From contig NC_058369.1 of the NCBI RefSeq assembly GCF_018350175.1, positions 5,022,001 to 5,086,000 of the forward strand: DNA of 64,000 bases, in the 5' to 3' direction. A program made the translations under genes and the position numbers. The DNA is from Felis catus (lineage: Eukaryota). The notes under the pieces were generated by a model. It saw only the letters and a program-made list of their open reading frames with translations. It was not told the origin of the DNA and searched no databases. Below, piece by piece: positions 25,192 through 43,450 of the stretch. Position 1 is the first letter of the stretch. The number at the start of each line of letters is the position of its first letter.

Positions 25192-28100
25192 ATGGATTGG
25201 GGCACCGAGTTGTGGGTGAGTCCGATCGGCCCTGCCCCACGTTCCTCTCTTTCTGGACTCCAGACCCCCTCCCTCTTTGCTCCTGCAACACCTTAGAGGG
25301 GGCTCGGAGCTCTCCCCTTCAGCGACCCCTGGAGTTCCAGCTTTCCGCCCTCTCTCGGAGTTTCCCAGGGCGTTTCTGGACGCCCGGGGCGGAGGGCGAC
25401 CGTGCTGAGCGGAGTGGGGAAACTGAGCGCGGGGTTCGGAATGAGGAGGGCAGAAGTCCTAGGACAAGGCCGGGGCGGCCGGGCGAGGTCACCTATTTTG
25501 AGCACCCTGGCTGGACCGGCGGCTTATCTTACGGCCCCTGGGTCCCTGCCCGCCGCCCGCCTGTCCCGCTCGGGCGGGGGAGGGGACCCTCTGGCCACTT
25601 TCAACCCCACGTGGGACCTAGAAGTTCTGACCGCCCTTCCGGCGCCGCCAATCAACACCTAGGGGCTTGGGACCCTCTGGGGAGGGAGGGGGCTACGAGG
25701 CCGAGCCTCGCCTCGCAGTCCCTTCCCCCAACCTGCCCCAGGCACAGGGAGGGGCTGCCCCCAGGCCACCTCTAATCTCTACTCTGGAAGCCCCAGAAAT
25801 TCCCCCGTATCCTAACCCATACCTCTGACCCCTCCTTTTTATGGGGGCGGTGGCATCCCTGGGTTCCTGGGTGCAGCGGGATAGCTAGATTCCTTCCCCC
25901 ACAACTCGGTGTGGCGTTTCTTTTGGAGGTGCAGTGGACTCAGTGGGGGAGACGGAGTCATATATCGGGAGGGTACCCCGGGAAGCTTGGCGAACCGGGG
26001 AACATGGGGCCTGTCCCCTGGACATTCTTGGGCCCCCCAAGCTGCAGGGAACCCTGCCCCTCTGGCCTGACTCACGCCGGGCCGGCCGGATTTTCCGGAA
26101 TCTTGTAGGGGGGGGATTAGGGGAGCCAGGGCAGGGGGGAGTGGCTCTGCCCCATTCCACACCCCTCTTGGCGGTCAGGCGACGGGGACCCTGTAGTCCG
26201 GCTGGGGCCCCGCCCCTGTTCCCTGGCCCTTCCCGGGAAGGGGAGGGGGTTCCCGCCGGTTTCCTGCCTCCCCCCGCGCCGCGCCGGGGCGGGGCCGGGA
26301 AGCCACTCCTTCTCCGAGCCCAGAGCCTTCAGGCCTCTCCCGCGCCTGGTCGGCCGGCAGTGGGGTCCCAACGTCTTGTTCCGGATCCCCACACCTCCTT
26401 CCAGGATCAGTTTGAGGTGCTCGAGCGGCACACGCAGTGGGGGCTGGACCTGTTGGACAGATATGTGAAGTTCGTGAAAGAGCGGACCGAGGTGGAGCAG
26501 GCTTATGCAAAGCAACTGAGGTGAGACCTTACGGTGGACCCGCCCTGGGGCTTGGGGGAGCTGTTGGAGGGCCAGGGGCTCAGCCTTTCTGCCTCCCTCC
26601 GTTAGGAGCCTGGTGAAAAAATACCTGCCCAAGAGACCTGCCAAAGATGACCCGGAATCCAAGTAAGGACGGAGAGGGATTGCAGGGCTAGATTTGGGGG
26701 CCCCGGGGGTGTGGGTCTCACTTCCTCTCCCTCCCTAGGCTACCCCAAGCAAGTCCCTTACTTCTTGCTTCAGATCCCACCTAGAGGGATGGGCATGGTT
26801 GCAACATCCAGATTACCTGGGTCAGAATCCTAAATCCACTCTGTACTAGCCCACCTGCTTTGGGCAACTGACTCAAGTTTTCCATTTTATTCTCCTATTA
26901 AGTGAGAGAGAGGCTCTAACAGTTACTAAATGAGTGAGTCTGGGCAATTGACTTCTGTTTTATGCCCCTGTTCTCCTCACCTGTGACATGGGGATGATGA
27001 TGGTGACCTTGTAGGGCGCATGCGAAGATTAACTGAGATGATGCATTGAAACGGTGCCTAGGCAGTAGTAAGTGTCATAGGAGCATTTCGCTTTACCCCA
27101 GGTCCCCAGTTCCAGAATCCAAAAAGCTCCAGAAATCAAGATTGTGTGGGTAACTTGTCTGGCAGCAACCTCTGACCTAAACTGACTTGATGTTGATCAC
27201 GTCCTTGGTCTTTATCCCACTTAGTGTGAATATTAATGCCTCTGGCTGCAAAAATACTGTGTTTGATGCTGCTCTGACCCCACTGGGGCGATGCATACAA
27301 GACATCAGCATTATATCCCCTTTCTAAACCTGAACAATTCTGAGTTCCAACATGTATCCCACTGAAGGGTTTGGGGTAAGGGATACGGGCCAGAATTTAA
27401 GGTTGCTTACGGGAGGAATGTGTTGGGGCTTTTTTTTCCCTTTTCTATGTGGAGGGGGGCCCGGGGGGGACCTGACTTTGGCTCGCTGCCCCCTCCCATC
27501 CTGCCCCAGGTTCAGCCAGCAACAGTCCTTCGTGCGGATTCTCCAGGAGGTGAATGACTTTGCGGGCCAGCGGGAGCTGGTGGCCGAGAACCTCAGCGTC
27601 CGCGTGTGTCTTGAGCTGGCCAAGTACTCACAGGAGATGAAACACGAGAGGAAGACGGTGAGCGATTCCCCCTCCCTGGGTCTTCTCAGGGGCTGCTTAC
27701 CGCAACCTGGGTGAGCCTAACCGCTTCTGTTGGCACAGCACTTTCAGGAAGGCCGTCGGGCCCAGCAGCAGCTGGAAAGTGGCTTCAAACAACTGGAGAA
27801 TGTGAGTCTGTGGGGGTGGAGAAGGGTGGCTCTGTCCCTGAGGGCCAGGGGAGGGTGACTGATCCATGGAGCTGTCTGCATTGTCTGGCCTGCAGCCCCT
27901 CTCCCCTGGGGGCTTCTGCCGTGCCCCTTATCCCCCGTTTGCCGGGTCACTTTCCGCCAGTCCCTGAAACCTTGCTGTCTCAACCTACTACCTCCTTCTG
28001 GTTCTGCCCCCAACACAGAGTAAGCGCAAATTTGAGCGTGACTGTCGAGAGGCTGAAAAGGCAGCCCAGACTGCTGAGCGACTCGATCAGGATATCAATG

Positions 28101-31100
28101 CCACCAAGGCTGATGTGGAGAAGGTACTTGCAGGGTCTGGGACGGGCTTGGTGAGGGGAGATGGGGGCGGGAGGCGGAGGGGGGGGTGTGTCTGGCCGGG
28201 ATGCGGCCAGGACCTGGCAGCAACTTCTACCTCCATGCTCCTCAGGCCAAGCAACAAGCCCACCTTCGAAGTCACATGGCAGAAGAAAGCAAAAATGAGT
28301 ACGCAGCCCAACTACAGCGCTTCAACCGCGACCAGGCCCACTTCTATTTTTCCCAGATGCCCCAGATATTCGACGTGAGTGTCCCAGGCCCCCAGCCGCA
28401 TCCTCCTGAAAACCCCCCCCAGAGTGAATCGACTCTTACACACGTGTCAGCCTCAGCAGCAATGTCCCGATCTCTCAGCTGAAAAGCGGTTGGAGAAACA
28501 ACCGGGGTCTGCGAGCTCTGTCTTTACTCAAGCTGTTCTTTCTGCCAGGGACGTCTTCCTTTTCCTTTTGGAACGCTCTGTCCGTTCTTCTAAGCTCCAG
28601 CTCTAACCTGCCCTCTGAAAGGTCTCGCATTTCCCCTCTTCTTCTTCAGCCTTCTGGTCTGCTCTTTGTCCCAACCCTGGGACTGGCTGTGTCTGTGTGA
28701 GCTGTGTCTGCTTTTTGAGCACGGTCACCCACTTTGAGAAGCCTTTCCTGACTCCCCTGGCAAGGCGGGAGCTCCTCAAAGTCCTCTCTGAAATCTCCCC
28801 TGTCCCGTGTCTCCTCCCATGACCACCCTGGGGTGGGGTCTGTTTGATTCTGTCTCCCCCACCAGACGGCTCGGGGCTGGGCCAGGGTGGAGCCCCATCA
28901 CGATTGGGAGCTGGGTCGCTGCTGCTGGCCCCTCGTTAGTGCCCCTGTCTCTGTCCCCGCAGAAGCTTCAGGACATGGATGAGCGTCGGGCCACCCACCT
29001 GGGGGCTGGGTATGGGCTCCTGTCAGAGGCCGAGCTGCAGGTGGTACCCATCATTGCCAAGTGTCTAGAGGGCATGAAGGTGGCTGCGGATGCCGTAGAC
29101 GCCAAGAATGTGGGTGTCTGGTCCCGGGCGAGGGGGCTGACAGGTGGGCAGTAGGAGGACCCCAAAGGCTGAGCATCTCGTCTTGCCCTTGACTGCACCC
29201 CCCCCACCGCCCCCCACAGGACTCCCAGGTCCTAATTGAGCTGCACAAGTCAGGCTTTGCCCGCCCGGGTGACGTGGAATTCGAAGACTTCAGCCAGCCC
29301 ATGAACCGCGTGCCCTCAGACAGCAGCCTGGGCACCCCCTCTGATGGACGGCCTGAGCTCCGAGGCCCGGGCCGTAGCCGTGCCAAGCGCTGGCCCTTCA
29401 GCAAGAAGAACAAGGTGGGGGCCGGGGCCCTTGGGACGGGGAATGTGAGTAGGGACAGGGGGGCCCCCACTGAGTCAGCCCCAGCCGCCAGGACGCTGAG
29501 TCCCAGGCAGGAATTTTCCTCTTGGCTGCTGGCCCGGGCTGGAGGGAAGGGAGGCGGCCGGGTGATTGGCCTGGGAGTCCCCCAAGGCTGAGTGGGGTGC
29601 AGGGAGGGGGCCTGTGGTGTCTGTGTGCTGCTTCTCAGGATGCTAGGAGAAGACCTGCTTCTGGGGTTCGGGGCTGGATGAGGGCTCGAGACGCTGGCCC
29701 TGGGGACTCCCCTGGAGTTTCTCCATCCTGGCAATGTGACTCCAGGCCTGTGACCCTCAGGCTGTTTTTTCTTGGGGTTTTTGGCTTTTAATATCAAGCA
29801 CATACCTGGACACTCCTGTTTTATAACTTAGACACCCCCCACCACGGTTATATCTTCAGACACCGTCCCCCGGCCCCACGGTTATATCTCACGACCCCTG
29901 TTTTATATTTTTGGTCCCTCTTGACATATAATTTGATACCCCTTTTCAATTTGTACATGAGACTCTCCCAGCTGAAACCCCACCCGTAACCCTTCTGATC
30001 CATCGTGACTTCTATCCTTCTCTTAGCTTGCCTTTGACCTCTGTGGCCACGTACCTGTCTGAGACCTTGATTCCTGCATGTATCTCCCTCTACCTTCTAG
30101 ACTGTGAGCCCAGAAAGCTGGGTGCACGGAAACCTGGGCCTCCCTGCCTCCCACCCCCCGGCCCCATTCTTAGGTACTGGCTAGGGGATTCAACGGTGGT
30201 GCGACATAGGGGGTTAGGGAGGGGTCCAGCCTTCTGGCTCACAGTCTAATGTCCCCCCCACCACATCCCAGATTTTTATGTTGCTCTTTGCATGCATTTT
30301 CTGTGTGTGATTGTGCATCTTGAGTTCTGGTTTTCTTACCGTTTTTTTTTTTGTTTTTTTTTTTTTTCTTTTCTTTTCTCCATTTTGTTTTTTCTCTTTT
30401 CTTCATTACGTCCATCGTCCATCCTCGTTCTCTACATCCTCCCACCCCTCCTGACCCAATCCCCTCCCCTGCCCCCGCCGGTAGCCACGCCCTCCACCCT
30501 TCTCCCCCCTGGGGGGCCCCCTGCCCTCGGCATTGCCTAATGGACCCCCATCCCCCCGCTCCGGCCTCGACCCCTNNNNNNNNNNNNNNNNNNNNNNNNN
30601 NNNNNNNNNNNNNNNNNNNNNNNNNNNNNNNNNNNNNNNNNNNNNNNNNNNNNNNNNNNNNNNNNNNNNNNNNNNNNNNNNNNNNNNNNNNNNNNNNNNN
30701 NNNNNNNNNNNNNNNNCAGCAGCTGGGTGGCGGGACCCTGGGCTCGCTTCCTGCCGCCGGCTGGGCCCGCTCCTCCGGTTGCCAGACCCGGACCTGCTTT
30801 GCTCTGTGCATGGCCTTGCCCCCCAAGAACCTTGGGTGGGGAGGAAGGTGGACTTGGTGTGTCTTAGCAATGTAGAAGAGCCTGGAAGCTTAGCATTCCT
30901 GATCCCAAACGCAGTGTCTTCCTACCTTGCAGACAGTGGTGACAGAGGATTTCAGCCACTTGCCCCCGGAGCAGCAAAGAAAGCGACTTCAGCAACAGCT
31001 TGAAGAACGGAGCCGTGAACTACAGAAGGAGGTTGACCAGAGGTAAGGTTGGGGGCAGGCAGGCAATGACCGAAATACAATAATAAGTGAACTGTACCGG

Positions 31101-33775
31101 AGTGGTGTTCGAAGATCTTGCCAATAAACCCCAGGCCTCGGTGGTTTTATAGGTGATTCCTACCACACTGAAAAGGAAAGCGTTACTTCCCCTCTTAAGT
31201 CATTCCAGCAAACAGAAAAAGTGAAAGCCGCCAGCTCCTTTAGGAGGCTGGTGGAATCCATTCCCATATCGGTTAGCAAGAATTCAAGGAATTGAAATTT
31301 CACTTACGATCTTAGATGCAGAATCCCAGCCAAACAAATCCAATGATGTATTTTAAAAATGATGTGTCATGTGATGGCAGTGATTGCACACAGCGTGGGT
31401 GTAATTTAATGCAACAGAACTGGACTGGATGCTTCAAAATGGTTCCAATGGGGAATTTTGTGTTCTGTGTATTTTACCATAATGGAAAAAAAAAATTTTT
31501 TTTTGAAGTGTTATTAAAGAGAGAGAGAGAAACTACGTGCGAGTTCACGAGCAGGGAAGGGGCGGAGACAATTCCAAGCAGGCTCCAGGCTGTCAGCGCA
31601 GAGCCCAACGTGGGGCGTGAATTCACAATCCGTGAGATCATGACCCGAGCCGAAGTAGGACGCTTAGCCAGCTGAACCACCCAGGCGCCCCAAAAAACGA
31701 CCTTCTTAAAAGACGAGTCATAATCAGTTGGGTGTTATCCCAGTAATGCAAAGATGGTTCAATATAAAAACGTCTATTAGTCTCATTTACTACATTAATT
31801 GGCTAAAAGAAAAAAAACCATATGGTTATCTATTTAATACTTCAAACGCTTAAAATATTAACAATAGAAAATCGGCCAGATTGAAAAAAAGAAAATCTTT
31901 GCTCACTTCTTCCAAGCAACAAGATTCTCTTCCCAGTCCCCTTACATAATAGGAATGACGTTTGCCACTGTGGACAGGCAGCCAAATTCTGTTTTGCCGT
32001 TTGCACAGAACCTCTTGTACAAAAACTTTTATTGGTGTAGGGTTCCATATGGAACTTTGTCATCCCTGGGTTTTTATGGTAGAGGGGTTAAGGGGGCAGC
32101 TTTGGAGCCAAGACAGACCGGCCTTGAATTCCAGCTGGCCCACCTCTCTGTGCCTCAGTGTTCTCATCTGTAACATGGATCCCGTATTAGGACGGGGAAG
32201 AAGTTGAAACCAGGATTGCCATACCCAGAGCTCTATGCTTGTTACCACTACTGCCTGTGCATATAGTCCTGGAGGAGACAGGGACCGGAGGGAGGCTAAT
32301 GATAATGATAGTTAGCATGTACGGAGTGCTTACCCTATGCCATACACCGTCTCAAACCCTTTACGTAGATCCACTGGAATCCCCACGTTTTCCTGAGACT
32401 GAGCAGAGGCAGGACCCTGATTAGGGCTTGTTTAGGGCTATTATTTCAGATGCCTGGAACGGCGCCTGGTATGTGATAGGTACTCAGTATGTATTTGGAT
32501 AAATAAAGGCACTGTTACAGTCTTGAGCTCCCATGAGCTGTACGTATCGTCATCCCCGATGTTCCAGATTTGCATCCTGAGACAGAGGTTCAGTAACCTA
32601 GTCCAGACTCGCTAGGATATGTGCCCAGACTGGGATTTAAACCCAGGCAGTGAAGCACTAACGTTTGAGATTTAACCACTGTCTTGTCTTGCTATTTGTT
32701 CCTTGAAGCAAAGCACATGTTTTGTTTTTGGTGTTTTTGGTTTTTTTTTTTGGCTTGTTGAGTCCCATGGGACTGTTGTTTCCGATCTGTTTCATCCTAG
32801 AGAAGCCCTGAAGAAAATGAAGGATGTATATGAGAAGACACCCCAGATGGGGGACCCTGCCAGCTTGGAGCCCCGGATCACGGAAACCCTGAACAACATC
32901 GAGCGGCTCAAATTGGAAGTGCAGAAGTATGAGGTCAGGGAAGACCCTGGGGAGGGGTGGGGGCCAGCGGGCCTGGCTGAGTCACTTCCTGGGGGGGGGG
33001 GGGGGGGACAGGGAGGTGTTGGTGGGAGGGGGGATGCTCCAGCTGTGTCTCATCACAGCCTTGGGTGTGCATGGGTGATCTCAGGGAACCTCCAGGCCCG
33101 GAGTGGGCCGACCCCGGAGGAGCCCTGCCCTGGGATTGACTTCGTGGCTCCCTCCTCTCAGGCTTGGCTGGCAGAGGCAGAGAGCCGAGTCCTGAGCAAT
33201 CGGGGAGACAGCTTGGGCCGCCACACCCGGCCTCCAGACCCCCCAGCCAGCGCCCCACCAGACAGCAGCAACAGCAACAACAGTAGATCACAGGATAACA
33301 AGGAGAGGTGAGCGGGGGGGACAGAGTGGGTCTGCCCCCAGGACCCAGGAGGCCCATCCTTACCCGCTTCGCTGTCCCCAACCAGCTCTGAAGAGCCCCT
33401 CTCAGAGGAGGGTCAGGATGCCCCCATCTACACGGAATTTGATGAGGATTTTGAGGAGGAACCAGCATCCCCCATAGGTCACTGTGTGGCCATCTACCAC
33501 TTTGAAGGTGAGGACGGCTTGTGTGTCGCAGCTGATGGGGTGGGTTGGGCAGGGGGTGGTGTTTTTGGCTCGGTTCTGTTTCAGGGCACGTGACGCACAT
33601 CCGAGCCCACTGCTACTCCATGACAGGGTCCAGTGAGGGCACCATCTCCATGGCCGAGGGTGAAGACCTCAGTCTCATGGAGGAGGACAAAGGCGACGGC
33701 TGGACCCGGGTCAGGCGGAAACAGGGAGGTGAGGGCTACGTGCCCACCTCCTACCTCCGCGTCACGCTCAACTGA
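25192..33775 (+). CDS. TRIP10: Cdc42-interacting protein 4 (F-BAR, HR1, SH3), complete short isoform, 547 aa
   Basis: 14 GT-AG exons, 1644 nt in frame: 25192-25215, 26405-26520, 26606-26662, 27510-27657, 27739-27801, 28019-28123, 28246-28374, 28963-29109, 29220-29414, 30933-31042, 32801-32933, 33162-33307, 33386-33507, 33627-33775. Starts [21 protein letters not shown]; HR1 [16 protein letters not shown]; SH3 ends [13 protein letters not shown]. Confidence 0.97.
27095..27395. mobile_element. MER46C-like (TcMar-Tigger) DNA transposon relic
   Basis: ccagaatccaaaaagctc...tttatcccacttagtgtgaatatt...aattctgagttccaacatgtatc...gggtttggggtaagggat resembles the remembered consensus. Confidence 0.55.
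30485..30575 (+). CDS. TRIP10: TRIP10 alternative proline-rich cassette exon (long CIP4 isoform); 3' end lost in N gap
   Basis: After ccggtag, phase 0, reads [30 protein letters not shown]..., matching the known insert of the long CIP4 isoform between KKNK and TVVTEDF. Confidence 0.85.
30576..30716. other. Assembly gap (141 N)
   Basis: Run of n. Confidence 1.
31180..31950 (+). mobile_element. Ancient L1M fragments interrupted by a SINE
   Basis: L1 ORF2-like tatcccagtaatgcaaagatggttcaatata...aaaaccatatggttatc and L1M 3'-end-like gatggcagtgattgcacac...tgtattttaccataat. Confidence 0.6.
31496..31691 (-). mobile_element. SINEC
   Basis: Reverse complement of the ggggcgcctgggtgg... head ends at 31691; (GA)n and T-tail at left. 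Confidence 0.9.
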
Positions 33776-34008
33776 ACCCTGCCACAGGCGGGAAGAAGGG
33801 GGCTGTTGGCTGCTGCTTCTGGGCCACGGGGCGCCCCAGGACCTACGCACTTTATTTCTGCCCCCGTGGCTTCAGCTGAGACCCGTGTAACCTGCTGCCC
33901 CACCCCCCACCCCTTCCGAACGGACCCGCTGTGCCTTCCACTGTTGATGTACATACTCGTGTTTCAGATCTTTTCTTCCTGCCGCTGGGCTAGGGCCATT
34001 TTGTTTTA

Positions 34009-34014
34009 TATAAA
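34009..34014 (+). terminator. Probable TRIP10 poly(A) signal variant TATAAA
   Basis: ttttaTATAAAaaa ~235 nt after the stop, with an upstream TGTA; no AATAAA on the plus strand nearby. Confidence 0.45.
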
Positions 34015-34236
34015 AAATTACCTAAAGCTTTTGGAGTCTGAGCCTTATTGGTAGATTCAGATCCCGAGGCTGGATACACAGATGGCACCCTCCTTCCTGG
34101 CCACAGAGGGCATGAAGAAAGGGAAGTAAACTTGGGCAAACCTTGGACAAAACTTCCCCAGAGCTGGGTGCTTGTCTGTGACTTCAGTGTAGGGGGTAAA
34201 GCACCAAACGTCCTTGCTGTGTTTGTTCGTGGCAGC

Positions 34237-34435
34237 TTTACTGAGAAAAGGCAGTGTTGAACACCCAACCGCGTGCCAGGCGTTCTCCACCCGTGATCCC
34301 CAGCTTTAATCCCCATGACAACCCCCAGCAAGTACACGGCCTCACTTTTACGTTGAAGGCAGGCACAGAGAGGCTGAGCCATTTGCTAGAAGTCACACAG
34401 CTTTTAAAAAGCATTTGAACTCTGGCTTCCGACTA
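34237..34435 (-). mobile_element. MIR element carrying ATTAAA (34305-34310, minus strand)
   Basis: tttaatccccatgacaacccc...cacttttacgttgaag..aggcacagagaggctgagccatttgctagaagtcacacagc, the reverse complement of the MIR core. Confidence 0.75.
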
Positions 34436-34740
34436 AGAGCTCTGCAAGTTCTCGTCCTATCAGAAGCCTCATGTTCACCATTTGTAGGTTACGTGTGGGG
34501 AGGTGGGGGCTGGGATAGGGGGTCCAGAGCCTCCAGACACCTGGGTCTTCTAGTGGGTGGGGGGGAAGGAGGCCGTCCCTCACGCTAGGATTCATGTACA
34601 CTTTTAGGGAGCAGGATGGGTTCTTGCAAATCTGGCCCCCACTTTCTGTGAGGCAGAATGGGTTTCCACTGCGATTGGCTGCGTGAGCAGCGTGGGGCAA
34701 CTGCATGGGTGTCCCCGTGCGAAGAAGGGGGTCTGTGCTT

Positions 34741-41494
<6,754 letters not shown>

Positions 41495-41877
41495 TCAGTC
41501 TTCCACATCTGTAAAATGTGAATAATTATTCCTTCCTCCTAAACTTCCTTAGTGGCCAGGTCAGCCCTTCCATGGTCCTCAAATGCAACTCTCAAATGCA
41601 ACCTTACAATGCAACTCTCTCTCTGTGTATATATATAATATAGCCATATTCTAAATTAAAGAAGTTATTCAGTCAAAATATATATATATACACACAGCAG
41701 ATTTTGTTTATATATGTGTGTACTTACATGTATACATATATATATGGTAGATACATATAATTGGGCTGTGATTAAGATTAACTTAGAATTGGCTGTGATC
41801 TCATGCAAACAGTTGTGCATTCACTGGTATTCTTGCAAAGGGAGAAGACCTAGACATTGCCTTCAAATGCAATGCAA

Positions 41878-42092
41878 TTTTTAAAGAATGTTTGTTTATT
41901 TGTTTTGAGAGAGAGAGAGTGTGTGAGCAGGGGAGGGGCAGAGAGAGAGGGAGAGAGAGAATCCCAAGCAGGCTCTGCACTATCAGCTTGGAGCCCAAGG
42001 CGGGGCTCAATCCAGGAACTGAACCGTGAGATCATGCCCTGAGCCGAAACCAAGAATCTGACGCTTAACTGACTGAGCCATCCAGGAGCCCC
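41878..42092 (-). mobile_element. SINEC
   Basis: Typical antisense SINEC; imperfect TSD aatgc(a/g)attttta. Confidence 0.9.
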
Positions 42093-42289
42093 TGTAATGC
42101 GATTTTTATGCAGATGACATTTTACAGAAATATCATTAACTATTTCACTCAAACTAATATCTATGGGGCACTCACTGTGTGCCAGGTACATACTCTAGGC
42201 ACTAGAGGCCCAGCAGGAACTAGACAGGGGCATCCTTGGGGAGTTGCTGTTCTAGTGGGCCAGAGAGCAACTAAGAAAATAAGTTAGTA

Positions 42290-42500
42290 GGGCACCTGGG
42301 TGGCTCAGTTGGTTAGGAGTCCGACTTCGGCTCAGGGCATGATCTCGCGGTTCGTGAGTTCGAGCCCCGCGTCGGGCTCTGTGCTGACAGCTCGGAGCCT
42401 GGAGCCTGCTTCGGATTCTGTGTCTCCCTCTCTCTCTGATCCTCCCCCATTCATGCTCTGTCTCTCTCTGTCTCAAAAATAAATAAACGTTAAAAAAAAT
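42290..42500 (+). mobile_element. SINEC (young feliform type)
   Basis: gggcacctgggtggctcagttggttagg...gagcctgcttcggattctgtgtctccctctc...aaaaataaataaacgttaaaaaaa. Confidence 0.95.
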
Positions 42501-42545
42501 TTTGTTTTTTAAAATTTTTTTACAAAATAAAAAAGTTCTAACTGT

Positions 42546-42710
42546 GGGGCGCTTGGGTGGCTCAGTCGGCTGGGGGTCCGACTTCGGCTCAGGGCATGAT
42601 CTCACGGTTCGTGAGTTCGAGTCCCGCGTCGGGCTCTGTGCTGACAGCTCAGAGCCTGGAGCCTGCTTCAGATTCTGTGTCTCCCTCTCTCTCTGCCCCT
42701 CCCCGACATG

Positions 42711-42754
<44 letters not shown>

Positions 42755-42785
42755 CTCTCTCTCAAAAATAAACATTAAAAAAATA
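42546..42785 (+). mobile_element. SINEC (young feliform type) with expanded (CT)n
   Basis: ggggcgcttgggtggctcagtcgg...; (CT)n 42714-42762; A-tail. Confidence 0.95.
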
Positions 42786-43109
42786 TTTTAAAGAAAATAA
42801 ATAAGTAGATGACGGAGTAGATAGATTACAAAGAGATAAGCAGAAAAATAAAGCCAGGGATGGGATATGAAGTTACAAGGGGTGGAGATAAGATTTTCCA
42901 TAGGGTGGCCCGGGAGGGTCTCAATTAGTACCAACTGGGAGGATTTTGAGGGAGCGATCCAGGTGAAAGTACATTCCAGGCCAGAGGGAATCTATGTTAT
43001 TAATCTATAGCTTCTTAGCCATCTATGTGCACACTCAAGAATTCTTAGGATGTAGGAACATCTGACCCATACATAGCTTTCCCATGTCACACCATTTTAA
43101 AAAACTTTA

Positions 43110-43312
43110 TGTGTGCATTCTTGTATTCTGCAAGAGAGAGAGAGAGAGAGAGAGTGAATGTGAGTGGGAGAGGGGCAGAGGGAGAGAGAGAAACTTAAGC
43201 AGGCTCCACACCCAACATGGAGCTGGACGCAGGGCTCAATCTCATGACTGTGAGATCATGACCTGAGCTGAAATCAAGAGTCACCCACTAAGCCACCCAG
43301 GTGCCCCTTAAA

Positions 43313-43355
<43 letters not shown>

Positions 43356-43450
43356 GTCATTATTATTATCTTTACACCCAATGTGGGGCTCGAACTTACG
43401 ACCCTGAGATCAAGAATTGCACACTCCTCTGACTGAGCTGGCCAGGCCCC
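43110..43450 (-). mobile_element. Two adjacent antisense SINEC copies separated by (TTA)n at 43314-43368
   Basis: (GA)n...gagatcatgacctgagctgaaatcaagagt...ccacccaggtgccc, then (TTA)n and ggggctcgaacttacgaccctgagatcaaga...ccaggcccc. Confidence 0.8.

Noticed and set aside
24828-25775. 315-aa ORF over the TRIP10 promoter
   Set aside because: CpG-island stop-codon depletion; G/P/R-rich low complexity; the real exon 1 CDS is 24 nt.
42290-42360. tRNA-like A/B box sequence
   Set aside because: Head of a SINEC retroposon, not a tRNA gene; the same applies to the other SINE copies.
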